A stretch of DNA of 64,000 nucleotides from Hormiphora californensis (Eukaryota; Animalia; Ctenophora), in assembly GCA_020137815.1 (NCBI GenBank), contig CM035351.1, positions 558,001 through 622,000 of the forward strand, read 5' to 3'. The notes under the pieces were generated by a model. That model searched no databases, was not told where the DNA came from, and saw nothing but the letters and a program-made list of their open reading frames with translations. Made by a program: the position numbers and the translations under genes. How positions within the stretch are numbered: the first letter of the stretch is position 1; the number at the start of each line of letters is the position of its first letter. This document shows, in pieces, positions 40,603-55,448 of this stretch.

Positions 40603-43600
40603 GGAGAGAGAGAGAGAGAGAAAAGAAGAAGAATACCACATGGGACAGTACATGAAACACTGAACACTGAACAAGGGGAGATAAAAACCAGAAAGTGGAA
40701 GAATTGAAAAGATAGAATCCATTATTGCCGAAATGAGGATGAGAAGAAAATATAAAAAGAACCAGAGATAGAGAGAGGGAGATAGAGAGAGAGGCTAGAG
40801 GAGGAGAGAAAAAAAGAAGATAGAAATGAACCAGTAATATGCGTGTATAGAGACGAATGAATGAGAGGAATGTATTACCTGTGCGGTCCGTTCTTCATTA
40901 ATAAGCACATCAGTAGAACTGCCGACAATATCGCTACTTTTAAAGCCAGTCAACTTCTCAAACGCAGGATTAACATACTGGGGGGGGGGTCGTCACCTTT
41001 TTTTTTGCCCACATTTGCCCACATTTGCCCACATGGGCAAACTGAAATCTCAAAAAACAGGTATAATGTGGGCAAAGTGGGCAAAAAGTGGGCAAAAATA
41101 TTATAAGCATCAAAACTTTACCAGAAAACCCTCTGTGACAAATGTTTTTCACCTCCAATGTCTTCCAAGAGGTCCCCTCTATCGATTCCAACCGATAATT
41201 AATGTACTTACTTATGACTTAGGGTTGATAAGGCTCCATGTCCGACTGGACAAAAGTGGGCAAAAATTTTTGGCAAAATTAGGCAAAGGCCAGTGATTTT
41301 TCGTCATTTTGGGGCTATTTAGGGAACTGATACATAACAAAGGTTTTCCACTTGCATTGTACTCCAATGGGGTCCCAGAAAAACCAGAAAAATTTTCCAC
41401 TCCAATTATGTGAGAAACGTGCCTAAAATGACCAATTTTCCTAATTTTACCAACATATTTTGCCCATTTTTCCCAGTTGGATATGGAGCCTTATCAACCC
41501 TGAGCAAATAAATTATCGGTTGGAATCGATAGGGGGGACCTCTAGGAGGACATTAGTGGTGAAAAACCTTTGTGACAGACGATTACCTGGTTGATAGCAT
41601 ATATTTTTTATGGATTTAATTTTTTTTGCCTACTTTTGCCTACTTTTGCCCACTTTTGCCCACTTTTGCCCACTTTTGCCCATGTGGGCAAATTCAAAAT
41701 TTAAGAATAATGTGGGCAGTGGGCAAAAAAAAAGGTGACGTACCCCCCATACTGGGGGGGGGGGGGATGGAATTAGAAATTACACATGTAGGACATGGGC
41801 AGGATCAATAACATACTGGGGGAGTGATGGGGGGTTAACATACTGGGGGGGAGTGTGATGGAATTAGAAATCACACATGAAGGACATGGGCCCTTGCCAG
41901 AGCTATGATAAAGTCCAATTTTTAATGGTGTGAACATAACTAGAAATCGAACTTTACCAGGGCTGTAATCTCTATTCCAATGTATCTCAACAGCTGTATC
42001 ATGTTGTAAGATTCATCTTATTTTCACTGGTTTGAGGTGGTATTAATTTTATTACTCACGGAACAAATTCCATCTGCATCTGTAATATCAATACTCTCTT
42101 TACTATCCCGTAACAGTTGAAATAACGTATTAGCCACTCTGAAATGTGTAAATTGTCAAGATGGGATGCCATGATCATGTCAGGATGGCATCCCATTGGC
42201 GATCCTTCAGAACGTATTATCTGTCAAGTCATCGACTACAATGCTCCCAACTGTCTCTACTACTATAATACTACCTCTCTTAGAACACAGCAAGTTCCAA
42301 GTTAACATTTAGCCCTGTCTGAAGAAAAGAATACAACCCAGACTACATCTCTTAGTTCAACTTACGAGAGCTTGAGTGCTGTCTGAACCTCGCCACTATC
42401 TATCATGACAATCTCGTTTAGACAGGCGCCTCTGTCGTGGTTCTCCAGATACCGCTGAGAGGGGAGAAGGGAGTTAGACGGGGGAGAAGGGGGTTAGCGA
42501 GAGAGAGAAGGGGGTTAGCTAGGGGAGAGAAATAAGAGATGGGAACTGGTTTGAGTGGAATGAAGGAGAGAGGGAGGGGAGTGGAAGGTAGCCTAGTCAT
42601 GAACCATTTATTCCTATTTTATAGAATTATTTAACCAGTTAGTTACACGGGGGGGGGGGGTTACCATGGTTACCCCAGTTACACAGGGTGGTTACCATAG
42701 TTACACACTCACCCTGTTAAATCCCATGTCTAAATAGGGTCGCACCGTCGGTTCCTCGCACCACCGTAATCTGAGAGATATTATCTTCATTACCAAACAC
42801 AATATAATCTCAATTCTTTCGATGAAGTATTTCACAATTCATCCTACTGCCCCAATATCTCAAAAGGCTAAAACTCCCCAATATTATATTACTCACATGG
42901 CAGGGCAGACAGCTAGTGCGATGACACTGTTGAAGGCAGGTTTACTTCTCAATCTCCTCACCATTTGTTCCCCTAACCCCGCTACGGGGACCCTCATATC
43001 AACCACTACTATGTGGTGCCTCTTCTTTTCTAACTGATCCATAGCTGCATCCACAGTGTTAGCCATACTGGCCTTGAAACCACCCTTCCTACAGGCCCAC
43101 TGGAAGGCCTCACTCTGACCATCCTCGCCAGGAAACACCAGTAGAACCTGAGAGAGATGTGTTTGTGTGTGATAACTGGGTTAGCACCTGAGAGAGATGT
43201 GTTTGTGTCATTACTGGGTTAGCACCTGATGGAGATGTGTTTGTGTCATTACTGGGTTAGGGACTGGGTTAGCACCTGATGAGAGATGTGTTTGTGTGAT
43301 TACTGGGTTAGGTACTGGGTTAGCACCTGATGAGAGATGTGTTTGTGTGTGATTACTGGGTTAGGGACTGGGTTAGCACCTGATGGAGATGTGTTTGTGT
43401 CATTACTGGGTTAGGGACTGGGTTAGCACCTGATGAGAGATGTGTTTGTGTGTGATAACTGGGTTAGGGACTGGGTTAGCACCTGATGAGAGATGTGTTT
43501 GTGTGTCATTACTGGGTTAGGGACTGGGTTAGCACCTGATGAGAGATGTGTTTGTGTGTCATTACTGGGTTAGGGACTGGGTTAGCACCTGATGAGAGAT

Positions 43601-43898
43601 GTGTTTGTGTGTGATTACTGGGTTAGGGACTGGGTTAGCACCTGATGAGAGATGTGTTTGTGTGGGGGCTGATTCGGAGGTAGAATAGTTCAATTAAAAT
43701 CAACTTACCCTCGATATCTCCTGATTTATTACAATAGGACCTAGTCCGATCTGTCGTTTTTCTGCCTGTGAAAATGAGACGTGAGTTAGAAATAAATTAA
43801 CATTACTAAATTAACATTACTATTTACTGTGTAAAATTTGTTTAGTTTGAACCTAGATAGGGTACAAACTAAACAAGATTGTGTTTGTGTACCTTCAT
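33408..43898 (-). CDS. PDE8: cAMP phosphodiesterase, PDE8-type (REC-PAS-catalytic); start uncertain
   Basis: Exons give IGLGPIV, the REC domain VLLVFPGEDGQSEAFQWAC...EEPTVRPYLDMGFNR|RYLEN...GEV, the PAS domain YVNPAFEKLTGF, DAPIIK, LRSSELY, WDYDIFELEKLSSSR|PLYYLG, and catalytic YHNSTHAADV, HDIDHPGRTN, LESHH, ILATDM, IKCADISN, KSQ. Confidence 0.9.
34420..38900 (-). repeat. ~4.4-kb intronic satellite, unit ~29-36 bp (roughly 140 copies), equal to the PDE8 exon end plus GT donor
   Basis: Minus-strand unit GTTGTCTAGCAGTCG|GTAGGTTTAGGGAAGGG versus the real junction AAGTTGTCTAGTAGTCG|GTAGGTTTAGGGG at 38885/38884. The centre (~34680-37450) is error-rich. Confidence 0.95.
39674..39775. repeat. 21-bp tandem repeat (ATTTAGGGCACAAAACCACA) x5 next to an acceptor
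   Basis: Read directly. Confidence 0.9.
40982..41747. mobile_element. Non-autonomous TIR element with 8-bp TSD, inserted exactly on the PDE8 PAS-exon acceptor
   Basis: TSD CATACTGG at 40974-40981 and 41748-41755; TIR GGGGGT(A)CGTCACCTTTTTTTTTGCCCAC; internal TTTGCCCAC repeats. Confidence 0.82.
43147..43662 (-). repeat. ~53-bp tandem repeat (10 extra copies) of the PDE8 REC-exon acceptor region
   Basis: Unit GCTAACCCAGT(CCCTAACCCAGT)AATCACACACAAACACATCTCTCATCAG|GT versus the real ...ACACATCTCTCTCAG|GTTCTA at 43148/43147. Confidence 0.92.
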
Positions 43899-44670
43899 AC
43901 GACCACTAATTCTCGGTGTCAGGGACAGCAATAAATCTCAAAGGAGCGTTGAAACAAGCTATTAAAAAATGGAAGCTTCAAGAAAAATAATGTCAAGTTT
44001 TAACGAGCTCAATAAATGAAAAAAGGAGAAGGTTTAAATGGGATTTTAAAAGTTTTAACAGGGCTTAAAACCTTTTCTCTGTTGCAACATGTCACGTAGT
44101 CACTGGAGAGGGCAAATGTTATATTTCCTTAGTAACAACAGTTGTTACCATGGTAACAGTGCAGTTACCATGGTTACAGTTACCATGGTTACAGTACCAT
44201 GGTTACAGTGTAGTTACCATGGTAACAGTACCATTGTACAATTTTGAGATATAATATAATTCTTTAGGTAGCACTGCTTGTACAACTTATAACACCCCCC
44301 AGTGTTATAAGTTTTCACTTATAACACCCCCCAGTGTTATAAGTTTTCACTTATAACACCCCCCAGTGATACATGAAAACTTATAACACTGCTGCACTTC
44401 GAACTCCTTACTCCACTGTTTCTGTCACACTTAGAAAGATAAGCGTGTACGAACTCTCTCTCTCTCTCTTTCTTTATGTCACACTCACACGCCGTTGCAG
44501 TACCGAGATCAAGATAACAGTTACGAACTCCCGGACCCACGTCCCACACATTCTTTATCTCTCTCACTCTCACTCTCACTAATCTCTCACTCTCTTTACC
44601 TATCACGAATTCGCTCTATTGTTACGCCCTAAAGTGTCCCCCACTCTTGTTTTAAAAATTTTACAATGCA

Positions 44671-44943
44671 ATTTTATTATGCCTATTTTCGTTGTACCTG
44701 ACATCAACAATAATGTCCCAGATTCTTACACTTTTAGACCTCGCAGGCTCGGTCAAAAAGTAAAACTACATCACTCGCAGGCTCGTGAGGTAGTTAGACT
44801 TAGTGGCACTCGCAGGCTCGTGCACTAAAGTACAAGAATCTGCCTCGACCTGTGGTCTCGGATCATTATTGTTGTACTTATAACACTTGACCTTCGGTCT
44901 CGTGTTATAAGTGTTCAGGTACAACTTATAGGCATAATAAAAT
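44671..44943. mobile_element. Small MITE-like element
   Basis: Inverted termini ATTTTATTATGCCTAT..GTTGTACCTGA / TCAGGTACAAC..ATAGGCATAATAAAAT, set between GTTACCATGGTAAC-type repeats. Confidence 0.6.
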
Positions 44944-45174
44944 CCTACATGGTAACAGTGCAGTTACCATGGTTACAATTACATGTTACCATGGTTACAG
45001 TGCAGTTACCATGGTCAAAATTACATGTTACAGTACAACTTTTACAATATTCTGATTCAACAGGTTACTCATACGGCTGCATTACAGTGTGGTTATGACA
45101 CTGAACCTCTAGATATAGACAGAGCAAACTAATATCACTCTCCGTCTATGAAGTTCTCTCTATCCCCCTCCCTC

Positions 45175-45222
<48 letters not shown>

Positions 45223-45234
45223 TCTATCTCTCTA

Positions 45235-45265
<31 letters not shown>

Positions 45266-45627
45266 TCTCTTAGCGCCAAGACCAGGTGCACTGAATCGAG
45301 AATTCAATACTGTGCGTGTACAAGAACTGGGCGGTGGCTCAATCCTCAGACAATATAGACAATATGTAGACGAAGAATGTATACTACTCACAAAATTAAT
45401 GATACATGATACAAGATACACGAACATTGGATAAAGAGATAGCAAGACAGTTCGACAGCTCTACACAGGACAGGCTAGTGAAAATAGACAGGGACGACAG
45501 GGTTGTTGCTGAGTCATGAGAGGAGGATGCTCCACAGGGGGCACTTCAATAGTGTTAGGAGAAGAAGAAACTTAGCGTATCAGTTAATCACACATAGCAA
45601 CCTGGATGATTGAAGTGGGGAGATGTG

Positions 45628-45708
<81 letters not shown>

Positions 45709-45726
45709 TAGAGAGATAGAGAGGGG

Positions 45727-45825
<99 letters not shown>

Positions 45826-46480
45826 AGAGACTTTGTGACGTCATTACGAGTGACGTAACAAACTAGAATTGCATAATAGCATTTAAAAATTAGTTCTTGA
45901 AATGAGAAACTGACAAAGCCGAAGGGCGAAGGAAGGAACCTTTCAAGTCATAAAAATTGATGGTTAGGGAAAACGGTAACAGAGCTTTTTAATAACTTTG
46001 GTAAGTGGGGATTATATTGGACCCTCTAGTAATGAAGTGAGGCTGGATAGTGTAGAAGAGATGATCACTCATCCGGAACTGAGATAGCAAAATGTAGAGT
46101 GCCAAGAAGAAGAAGAAGAAGAAAGAGAATATATTCAAGTGCTATGACGCAATTTTAGTAAAGCAAGTACAAATTAGATTTCGAAAATCGCAGCAATTCA
46201 TTTCTATAAAACAGTTTTTTTTGCAATCTCTCCTCGACTGTGGGGGGTACGTGCCGAATTATAGTTATAGCAGGAGGACAATCTGACCTAATAGGGACGG
46301 TAGTAGCCGAGAGAGAGATAGAGAAAGAGTGATATGGAGGGGGCTATTGGGTAGTTATATAGCGTGCCTTATTGTTTTAATATATATTCAGATAATAAGA
46401 TGTGAAACAATGAATATCGCTATGTCATACCCCCCCCCTAGCGATATATCGAGACCCGTAATTAGAACGAACGGAGAGAG

Positions 46481-46517
<37 letters not shown>

Positions 46518-46647
46518 GTTGATTGATCATCTCATTGTATGTGTAATGAGTGTTAGTTACGTGCGTATGAAATTTAGAAAATGAATGAGAGATTCAAATT
46601 ACACAAAATAACTCCTTAGTGACACCATCAAATTTCTCTCTCTCTCC

Positions 46648-46690
<43 letters not shown>

Positions 46691-47613
46691 TCTCTGCCTC
46701 TCAGGCAGAGAGAAAGATGGAGCGAGAATAATTAAGAAGATTTGTTCTTATTTCATCATCACACTATGTTTTTTACATCTCTAGAGACACACAGAGCCCA
46801 TCACATTTGTTGACCACACAGCTGCGAAATATTGGTGTGAAGAACGAATGAAGGATAACATAACGCGGACATAACGCTGTCACCACAATCACTTTAATCC
46901 TCACATGACCGCCCCTTTTCATTAAAAATCATTTAACATTTTAGGCCCATTCCACGGCCCCTTTGAGCCCTATTTAAACCGGCACCCGGAGTCCAGTTCA
47001 ATTGAATTGTCATATTCAGAGTGAAAGAAAGGAGCGAGGGAAGACAAAGAGCGGGGTGCAACAAAGACATGTCTGTGTGTGTGTATTGGATGCACACAAC
47101 ACACAGCTGTATAGATCGGAGAAAAGCGGCTCTTGAAAGATCAGGAGCCTTAGAGAGAGACCCAGCGAAGAGCGAAGAGAGGCAGGAGAGAGAAGAGAGA
47201 GAAAATCATATCTCTCTTCTTCACTCTCTCTATCTCTCTCTCTCTCTCGTTTGTCTTTATCTATTTCGTAGCTATTCTCTATATTCTCTATTCTCCCTTC
47301 CCTCCATATTCAGGTTTCCCACACCCTGCAACAGAGCAGCTGTGTTCGTGACAATAAGATAAGGTGGTGGTGACGGAAGCAACACACTCTCTTTCTCTCT
47401 CCTTTGGCATCCCTCTCTCTCTTTTGGCATCCCCTAGTAGTAGCTGTAGTAGTAGTAGGCATCCCCTCTTACATTCTTCACTCATCTCACCTTACACTTT
47501 TATACCCATACAAAGATAGTTACGTATCCTAATTTTCACCAACAGCTATTATTATTGGGGGCGGGGCAGGGTGGGTGTTCGTCATCATTAGAGTTCTTTA
47601 CCAAAACACTCAA

Positions 47614-48280
47614 AGTAAGAGTGGCGCGCCGTGTTTTCTCACAAAACTTGGTGGATGAACGGGTAGTACCACCAGGGACCATTGGTACGGTATCGAAAAA
47701 TTTCCAATTCTGTCTCGTTCATTAGTTATGACGTAATATGTTCATTATTTCAAACTTTCATAAAATGCTCTACAGAAAAATCGTCATTGTGGATTGAAAT
47801 GGATGCTTGCATCGTGTTCAGCGTCAAAAAATAGCGGGGTACCAAATTTGGTGTCTCTACCTTGTCTGTGACGCGAGATTATCGACAATTATCAAAAAAC
47901 GACCAAAAATGCGGAGAAAGAGAGTTTGTTACTTTGGGTGCTAGTTGTTTGTGCGCGCCACCCACTTGTAACAATCTCTCTTTCTCTCACTTTTGTCGTT
48001 TTTGATATTTGTCAATATCTCGCGTCACAGACAAGGTAGAGACACAAAATTTGGTACCCGGCTATTTTTGACGTGAACACGATGCAAGCATCCATTTCAA
48101 TCCACAAATGAACAGATTTTTCTGTAGAGCAATTTGTGAAAGTGTGAAATAATGAGCATATTACGTCAAAACTAATAAATGGACGGAATTGGAAATTTTC
48201 TATACCGTACCAATGGTCCTGGTGGTACTCCCCGTTCATTCACCAAGTTTTGTGAGAAAACATGGCGCGCCACTCTTACT
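47614..48280. mobile_element. Palindromic MITE, Kolobok-like (AG..CT termini, TCAA TSD)
   Basis: TCAA|AGTAAGAGTGGCGCGCC ... GGCGCGCCACTCTTACT|TCAA; diverged arms of ~300 bp. Confidence 0.85.
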
Positions 48281-48475
48281 TCAACATCCTTCCCTCAAAA
48301 CTTTGTAATGAAGTACATGCATCTCTTGAGGGCCTCTTGTTCAATCTAGGGTTGTGGGGTACTGGGGCTCTCTCTTCATATCAATCATCTCCATCTTGGC
48401 TTACTTCTTGTTTGTGGGCTATCAGCTAATAACCATTTCAACATACAGCGAGTGAGAGGGAGAGAGAGGGGAGAG

Positions 48476-48514
<39 letters not shown>

Positions 48515-51500
48515 GGGGGGGCCTAGCAGGTATACCCCATTTAGACCAAACACAAACTGCCGTCTCACTCGTCACATGAAATGTATGATATGAACAAACA
48601 AACATTCATCTCAGTACAAACACACATATCCAACCGACTTGAGATGACCATTATATCCATAATCCAACAGGTGTGTCATGGGTCTAAAAAGAGAAAATAA
48701 GTTGAGAAGAAGGACGAAAATGTGGGGAGAGAGTATGGGACCCTGGCCTTTGAAAGTGACATATATCGGAGCTTCTTCAATATATAACTTATTATTAATA
48801 TCAAAGTTATTGAACTCCACAACCTATCCGTGTCCATCCCTCCCTCCCTATATCCATCTTCTCCCTTACCCTCTAGTCTCTCTATCTGTACTTTTTAAAT
48901 TCATACATTCCTCCTCCCTCGTCAGATGTGACGATTGTGTTATGCTTTCGGAGGGATTATTTATAAATTAGGCTTTGAAATGTTCGAACAAGCATGATTC
49001 CTCTTTCGGAGAGCGAGAGAAAAAAATATGACATACTGGCTCTCTATCTTTTTGTCTGTCTCACTGCAGCAGCACGCAAATCATTTTTCTAGTACGGTGT
49101 TTAAAAGAGGGTAGGGGAGAGAGAAAGACCTCTCGAAAGTACTCATACGCGTATGTAGAGAGAATTCTCTCCCGAATTTGATACTGGAGAGGAATACGCG
49201 TATGAGTGGTTTCAAATTTTTCTAAGAATTTACCATTGTTCTCATAATCGTATTAAAGTACTCATATCAGTATCTACCAGAGAGCACTTGGAGAGCGAAT
49301 CCTCTACTGTTCAAAATACTCATACTCGTATGCCATAATGTTTTTGGCATTCAGTACTTGGCTAAAGTCATAAATGAGTTTGCAGATTCAAGTACTGACT
49401 ATTTATATTTGACCAAACATTAAGGTGAGAGTATACAATTTTACAGACCCAGCAGTTAAAAAATTAAACATCGTGACAAAGTTTTGAATGTTTGACACTA
49501 ATCAACCTTCAAAATCTAAAATCTTATCTTCTAATTGAGGGCTGATTTGGCTCAAATTTTAATACACATTTTTTACATTAGTCCTTGTGAGTTATAGTCG
49601 TTCAGAATTGATGAACTCGTATGCCGTAATGCTTTGGTATTCAGTGCCAGTTTCAAACGACTTGGGCAATTGCTCGGAAAATTATATTTGACCAAATATC
49701 TAGGTGACTCACCTAATAGGTGGTAATAAAATTACCCCTCAGCATTGATATGACTCACAGAGTAATGCAATAAAAGGGGTGACTTCGTAACCAACCTAAT
49801 AGGTGAGAGTAAACAATTCTACAGACCCAAAGCAGTTATAAAATTAAATATTGTGGCATAGTTTGGAATGTTTGTCACTCATCAACCATTAAAATCTTAT
49901 CATTTAATAGAGTGCTGATTTGGCACAAACACATTTTACACATAGTCATTGTTAGTATGTCGTTCAGAATTAATGAACGGGAGTCGAAGAAACCACTGTT
50001 CTAAATTTTGTATTTCTACCTCAGCCATACAAAGCAGGGGTATGTATGGGTCCAAGTATCTCGACCTTGAACTGGTCTTGATCCGTGGCAAAGAATGGCA
50101 CCCGTGAAGGGTGTGGGTCTTCCCTCAAACTGCACACACCATACGGTTAAGTTGTAGTTGCCTAACCCCTGGGTGACTTACATCACACATTACCACCTCG
50201 GTGTAGAATTTACACTCATACTCGTATCAAACTACTCATATATGATGTATGAAATTAGGTTATTAGAAACTTCTTGCCGAACCCTGTTGTTTTAAATCTC
50301 CCATCTATTTATTCAGATTTCTAAAATCAACCTAATAGAATTGCTAATTATTCATTGTGGTCATTAGAAATTCTACTCATACTCGTATCAAAAGTACTCA
50401 TACCTGTATGAACTATGGAAAGTTCTCATGCTCTTACTTCATGACTAAATAATTAGAGACTATCATCGAAGACTTATATCTTAAATCTCTCAACTTTTCC
50501 ATCAAAATTACTAACTTCAAACTGATGGAAATGTATAACGTCTGCATCAATTGACAAAGTACTCATACTCGTATGATAAGTACTCATACCTGTATGGGCG
50601 GAAAACGCCTTAAAAACGCCTCTACGAAGTTTTAATTAACACAGTTTTCTGGGCCATTCATGACAACAATAAAACAAATTGATTCGAGACCAACTTAACT
50701 TAAAAACTAAAAGTCAAATTTTTCCGTCGAAAATTTTGCCAGTGGTACCCCTTGCCAAAAAAACACCCAAAAATAAAAATGTCTCCCGTTCTTTAATATC
50801 TTGGCATGGTTGCACCCGGTAAATAGTGAACTTTTAAAATTCCGGCTACCAGCTTTGAATGCCTAAAAACATAGACGGTATTTGGGTCAGAAGTGCAAAT
50901 ACGAGTATGAGTACTTTTCATACGAGTATGAGTACAATTTCAAATTACCATACCAATTGGATATTCTAGTAAGCCAGATTAATCTATTTCACAGGAATAA
51001 TGGGAGATTTAAGACATAAGTCTTCGATAGTAAATCTCTAATTATTTAGTCATGTATTCAGGGCATGAGAACTTCCCCATAGTTCATACAGGTATGAGTA
51101 CTTTTGATACGAGTATGAGTAGAATTTCAAGTGACCACATTCAATGACACTGCTTTTGGTTTATTTTAGAAATCTGAATAAATAGATGGGAGATTTAACA
51201 TAACAGGGTTCGGCAATAAGTTTCTAATAACATGTACATGAAAAATCCTGTTTTTCATACAGATTACAGTTATGAGCAGGACTTGCAATTCTTGTCACCC
51301 GGCCCAAATACATGGCCTGCACAATTTCCGGACGGAGATAGTCTCGAGACCATCGTTAGGCCTGATCTTATTGCGTTACCACGAGTGGTGAGGGAATTAA
51401 CCTGGTGGGAGTAGAAGAGACGACAGGCCATATTGTATAGCGGATGATCAAGATTCAAGGGCCAAGGCCCATGAGATCGAGCACCGACCTGGAAAGAGAC

Positions 51501-54500
51501 AGTGGAGATAACGACTGGATGCTCACATTGTTTTGGAATGGTTTGAGGAGAACAGTGATGGGGTTCGTGACCAGATAGCGAGCAGCTTTCAAGATCACCA
51601 GCTTATCTGGCTGATTCGATGTTCAGTCACGGGAGTCCCCGTGGCCCGTCCGGGGCTTGCAGGCTAATAGTGTTAGTTAAGCAGATCGGCGGAACGTAGC
51701 TATGACGAAATTCGGCACTAGAATTCTTGGGGTTGAGTTCAGTTCCTTCAGGTTGGTCTGACCAAAGTTGTAAAGTGGAATTTTTTGAACCACTCAGGTT
51801 GCCCTATGGGCTGGTTGGTTGGTTGATGAGAGCAGTTGGTGCTTTTTGGAGCCTTTGAGTCCTATGGGTATCCATAGTAGGAATAGTATAAAAACATGAA
51901 TTGTTCAATCTGTGGTACCAACTAATGTTCCTGGAAATTGAATAACAACAAACGTTTGCAAACATGCTATCAATGTGTATTGTGTAGTTGTAGCTTTGTT
52001 AAGGCAAAACAAAGTAAAAGCTTGACTTATATTCGTATAAAAGTACTCATACCTGTATGAGAAACAGGATTTTTTACATACATGTAGTTAAGTTATGCCA
52101 TTGGAAACGTATCACCAACTCCTTATACCTTAAATCTCCCATGTTATATTCAAATTCCTGAATTCAACCTAACAAAAGTGCAAATTATTGTGGTCACTAG
52201 AAAATCTACTCATACTCGTATCAAAAGTACTCATACCTGTATGAACTATGGGAGGTTCGTATGATTTGATTGTTAAGTTATGCCATTGGAAACTTATCAC
52301 CGACTCCTTATACCTTAAATCTCCCAGATATTCATTAACTTTCCTGTATTCAACCTAATAGAATTGCTAATTATTGCGGTCATTAGAAATTCTACTCATA
52401 CTCGTATCAAAAGTACTCATACCTGTATGAACTATGGGAAGTTCTCATGCCCTGAATACATGACTAAATAATTAGAGATTTACTATCGAAGACTTGTGTC
52501 TTAAATCTCCCACTTTTCATCAAAATCACTTAATTTAAACTGATTGAAATGTATAACGTCTGCACCAAGTGACAAAGTACTCATACTCGTATGATAAGTA
52601 CTCATACCTGTATGGGCGGTAAAACGCCTTAAAAACGCCTCTACGAAGTTTTAATTAACACAGTTTTCTGGGCCATTCATGACAACAATAAAACAAATTG
52701 ATTCGAGACCAACTTAACTTAAAAACTAAAAGTCAAATTTTTCCGTCGAAAATTTTGCCAGTGGTACCCCTTGCCAAAAAAACACCCAAAAATAAAAATG
52801 TCTCCCGTTCTTTAATATCTTGCATGGTTGCACCCGGTAAATAGTGAACTTTTAAAATTCCGGCTACCAGCTTTGAATGCCTAAAAACATAGACGGTATT
52901 TGGGTCGGAAGTGTAAATACGAGTATGAGTACTTTTCATACGAGTATGAGTACAATTTCAAATTACCATACCAATCGGATATTCTAGTAAGCCAGATTAA
53001 TCTATTTCACAGGAATAATGGGAGATTTAAGACATAAGTCTTCGATAGTAAATCTCTAATTATTTAGTCATGTATTCAGGGAATGAGAACTTCCCATAGT
53101 TCATACAGGTATGAGTACTTTTGATACGAGTATGAGTAGAATTTCTAATGACCGCAATAATTAGCAATTCTATTAGGTTGAATTCAGGAAAGTTAATGAA
53201 TAACTGGGAGATTTAAGGTATAAGGAGTCGGTGATAAGTTTCCAATGGCATAACTTAACAATCAAATCATACGAACCTCCCATAGTTCATACAGGTATGA
53301 GTACTTTTGATACGAGTATGAGTAGATTTTCTAGTGACCACAATAATTTGCACTTTTGTTAGGTTGAATTCGGGAATTTGAATGAATACATGGGAGATTT
53401 AAGGTATAAGGAGTTGGTGATACGTTTCCAATGGCATAACTTAACTACATGTATGTAAAAAATCCTTTTTCTCATACAGGTATGAGTACTTTTATACGAA
53501 TATAAGTCAAGCTTTTACTTCGTTTTGCCTTAACAAAGCTACAACTACACAATACACATTGATAGCATGTTTGCAAACGTTTGTTGTTATTCAATTTCCA
53601 GGAACATTAGTTGGTACCACAGATTGAACAATTCATGTTTTTATACTATTCCTACTATGGATACCCATAGGACTCAAAGGCTCCAAAAAGCACCAACTGC
53701 TCTCATCAACCAACCAACCAGCCCATAGGGCAACCTGAGTGGTTCAAAAAATTCCACTTTACAACTTTGGTCAGACCAACCTGAAGGAACTGAACTCAAC
53801 CCCAAGAATTCTAGTGCCGAATTTCGTCATAGCTACGTTCCGCCGATCTGCTTAACTAACACTATTAGCCTGCAAGCCCCGGACGGGCCACGGGGACTCC
53901 CGTGACTGAACATCGAATCAGCCAGATAAGCTGGTGATCTTGAAAGCTGCTCGCTATCTGGTCACGAACCCCATCACTGTTCTCCTCAAACCATTCCAAA
54001 ACAATGTGAGCATCCAGTCGTTATCTCCACTGTCTCTTTCCAGGTCGGTGCTCGATCTCATGGGCCTTGGCCCTTGAATCTTGATCATCCGCTATACAAT
54101 ATGGCCTGTCGTCTCTTCTACTCCCACCAGGTCAATTCCCTCACCACTCGTGGTAACGCAATAAGATCAGGCCTAACGATGGTCTCGAGACTATCTCCGT
54201 CCGGAAATTGTGCAGGCCATGTATTTGGGCCGGGTGACAAGAATTGCAAGTCCTGCTCATAACTGTAATCTGTATGAAAAACAGGATTTTTCATGTACAT
54301 ATTATTAGAAACTTATTGCCGAACCCTGTTATTTTAAATCTCCCATATATTTATTCAGATTTCTAAAATAAACCTAAAGGAGTGTCATTGAATGTGGTCA
54401 CTTGAAATTCTACTCATACTCGTATTAAAAGTACTCATACCTGTATGAACTATGGGAAGTTCTCATGCCCTGAATACATGACTAAATAATTAGAGATTTA

Positions 54501-55448
54501 ATATCGAAGACTTATGTCTTAAATCTCCCACTTTTCCATCAAAATCACTTAATTTAAACTGATGGAAGTGTAGTTACTAGAAACTGTACTCATACTCGTA
54601 TGAAAATTACTCATACCCGTATCAAATGTTGTATGATTTTATTTACTTTTGATACGGTTTTGGTAATGGAAACTTTCTACCAAGGTTTTATTTATCAAAT
54701 CTCCCATTATTCCTGTGAAATAGATTAATCTGGCTTACTAGAATATCCGATTGGTATGGTAATTTGAAATTGTACTCATACTCGTATGAAAAGTACTCAT
54801 ACTCGTATTTACACTTCCGACCCAAATACCGTCTATGTTTTTAGGCATTCAAAGCTGGTAGCCGGAATTTTAAAAGTTCACTATTTACCGGGTGCAACCA
54901 TGCCAAGATATTAAAGAACGGGAGACATTTTTATTTTTGGGTGTTTTTTTGGCAAGGGGTACCACTGGCAAAATTTTCGACGGAAAAATTTGACTTTTAG
55001 TTTTTAAGTTAAGTTGGTCTCGAATCAATTTGTTTTATTGTTGTCATGAATGGCCCAGAAAACTGTGTTAATTAAAACTTCGTAGAGGCGTTTTTTAAGG
55101 CGTTTTACCGCCCATACAGGTATGAGTACTTATCATACGAGTATGAGTACTTTGTCACTTGATGCAGACGTTATACATTTCCATCAGTTTGAAGTAAGTA
55201 ATTTTGATGGAAAAGTTGGAGATTTAAGATATAAGTCTTTGATAGTAAGTCTCTAATTATTTAGTCATGAAGTAAGGGCATGAGAACTTTCCATAGTTCA
55301 TACAGGTATGAGTACTTTTGATACGAGTATGAGTAGAATTTCTAATGACCACAATGAATAATTAGCAATTCTATTAGGTTGATTTTAGAAATCTGAATAA
55401 ATAAATGGTAGATTTAAGATAACAGGGTTCGGCAAGAAGTTGCTAATA

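Noticed and set aside
51460-51660. HEIEHRPGK peptide resembling the end of a Gypsy RNase H
   Set aside because: Short match in a frame with stops; no other retroelement motifs.
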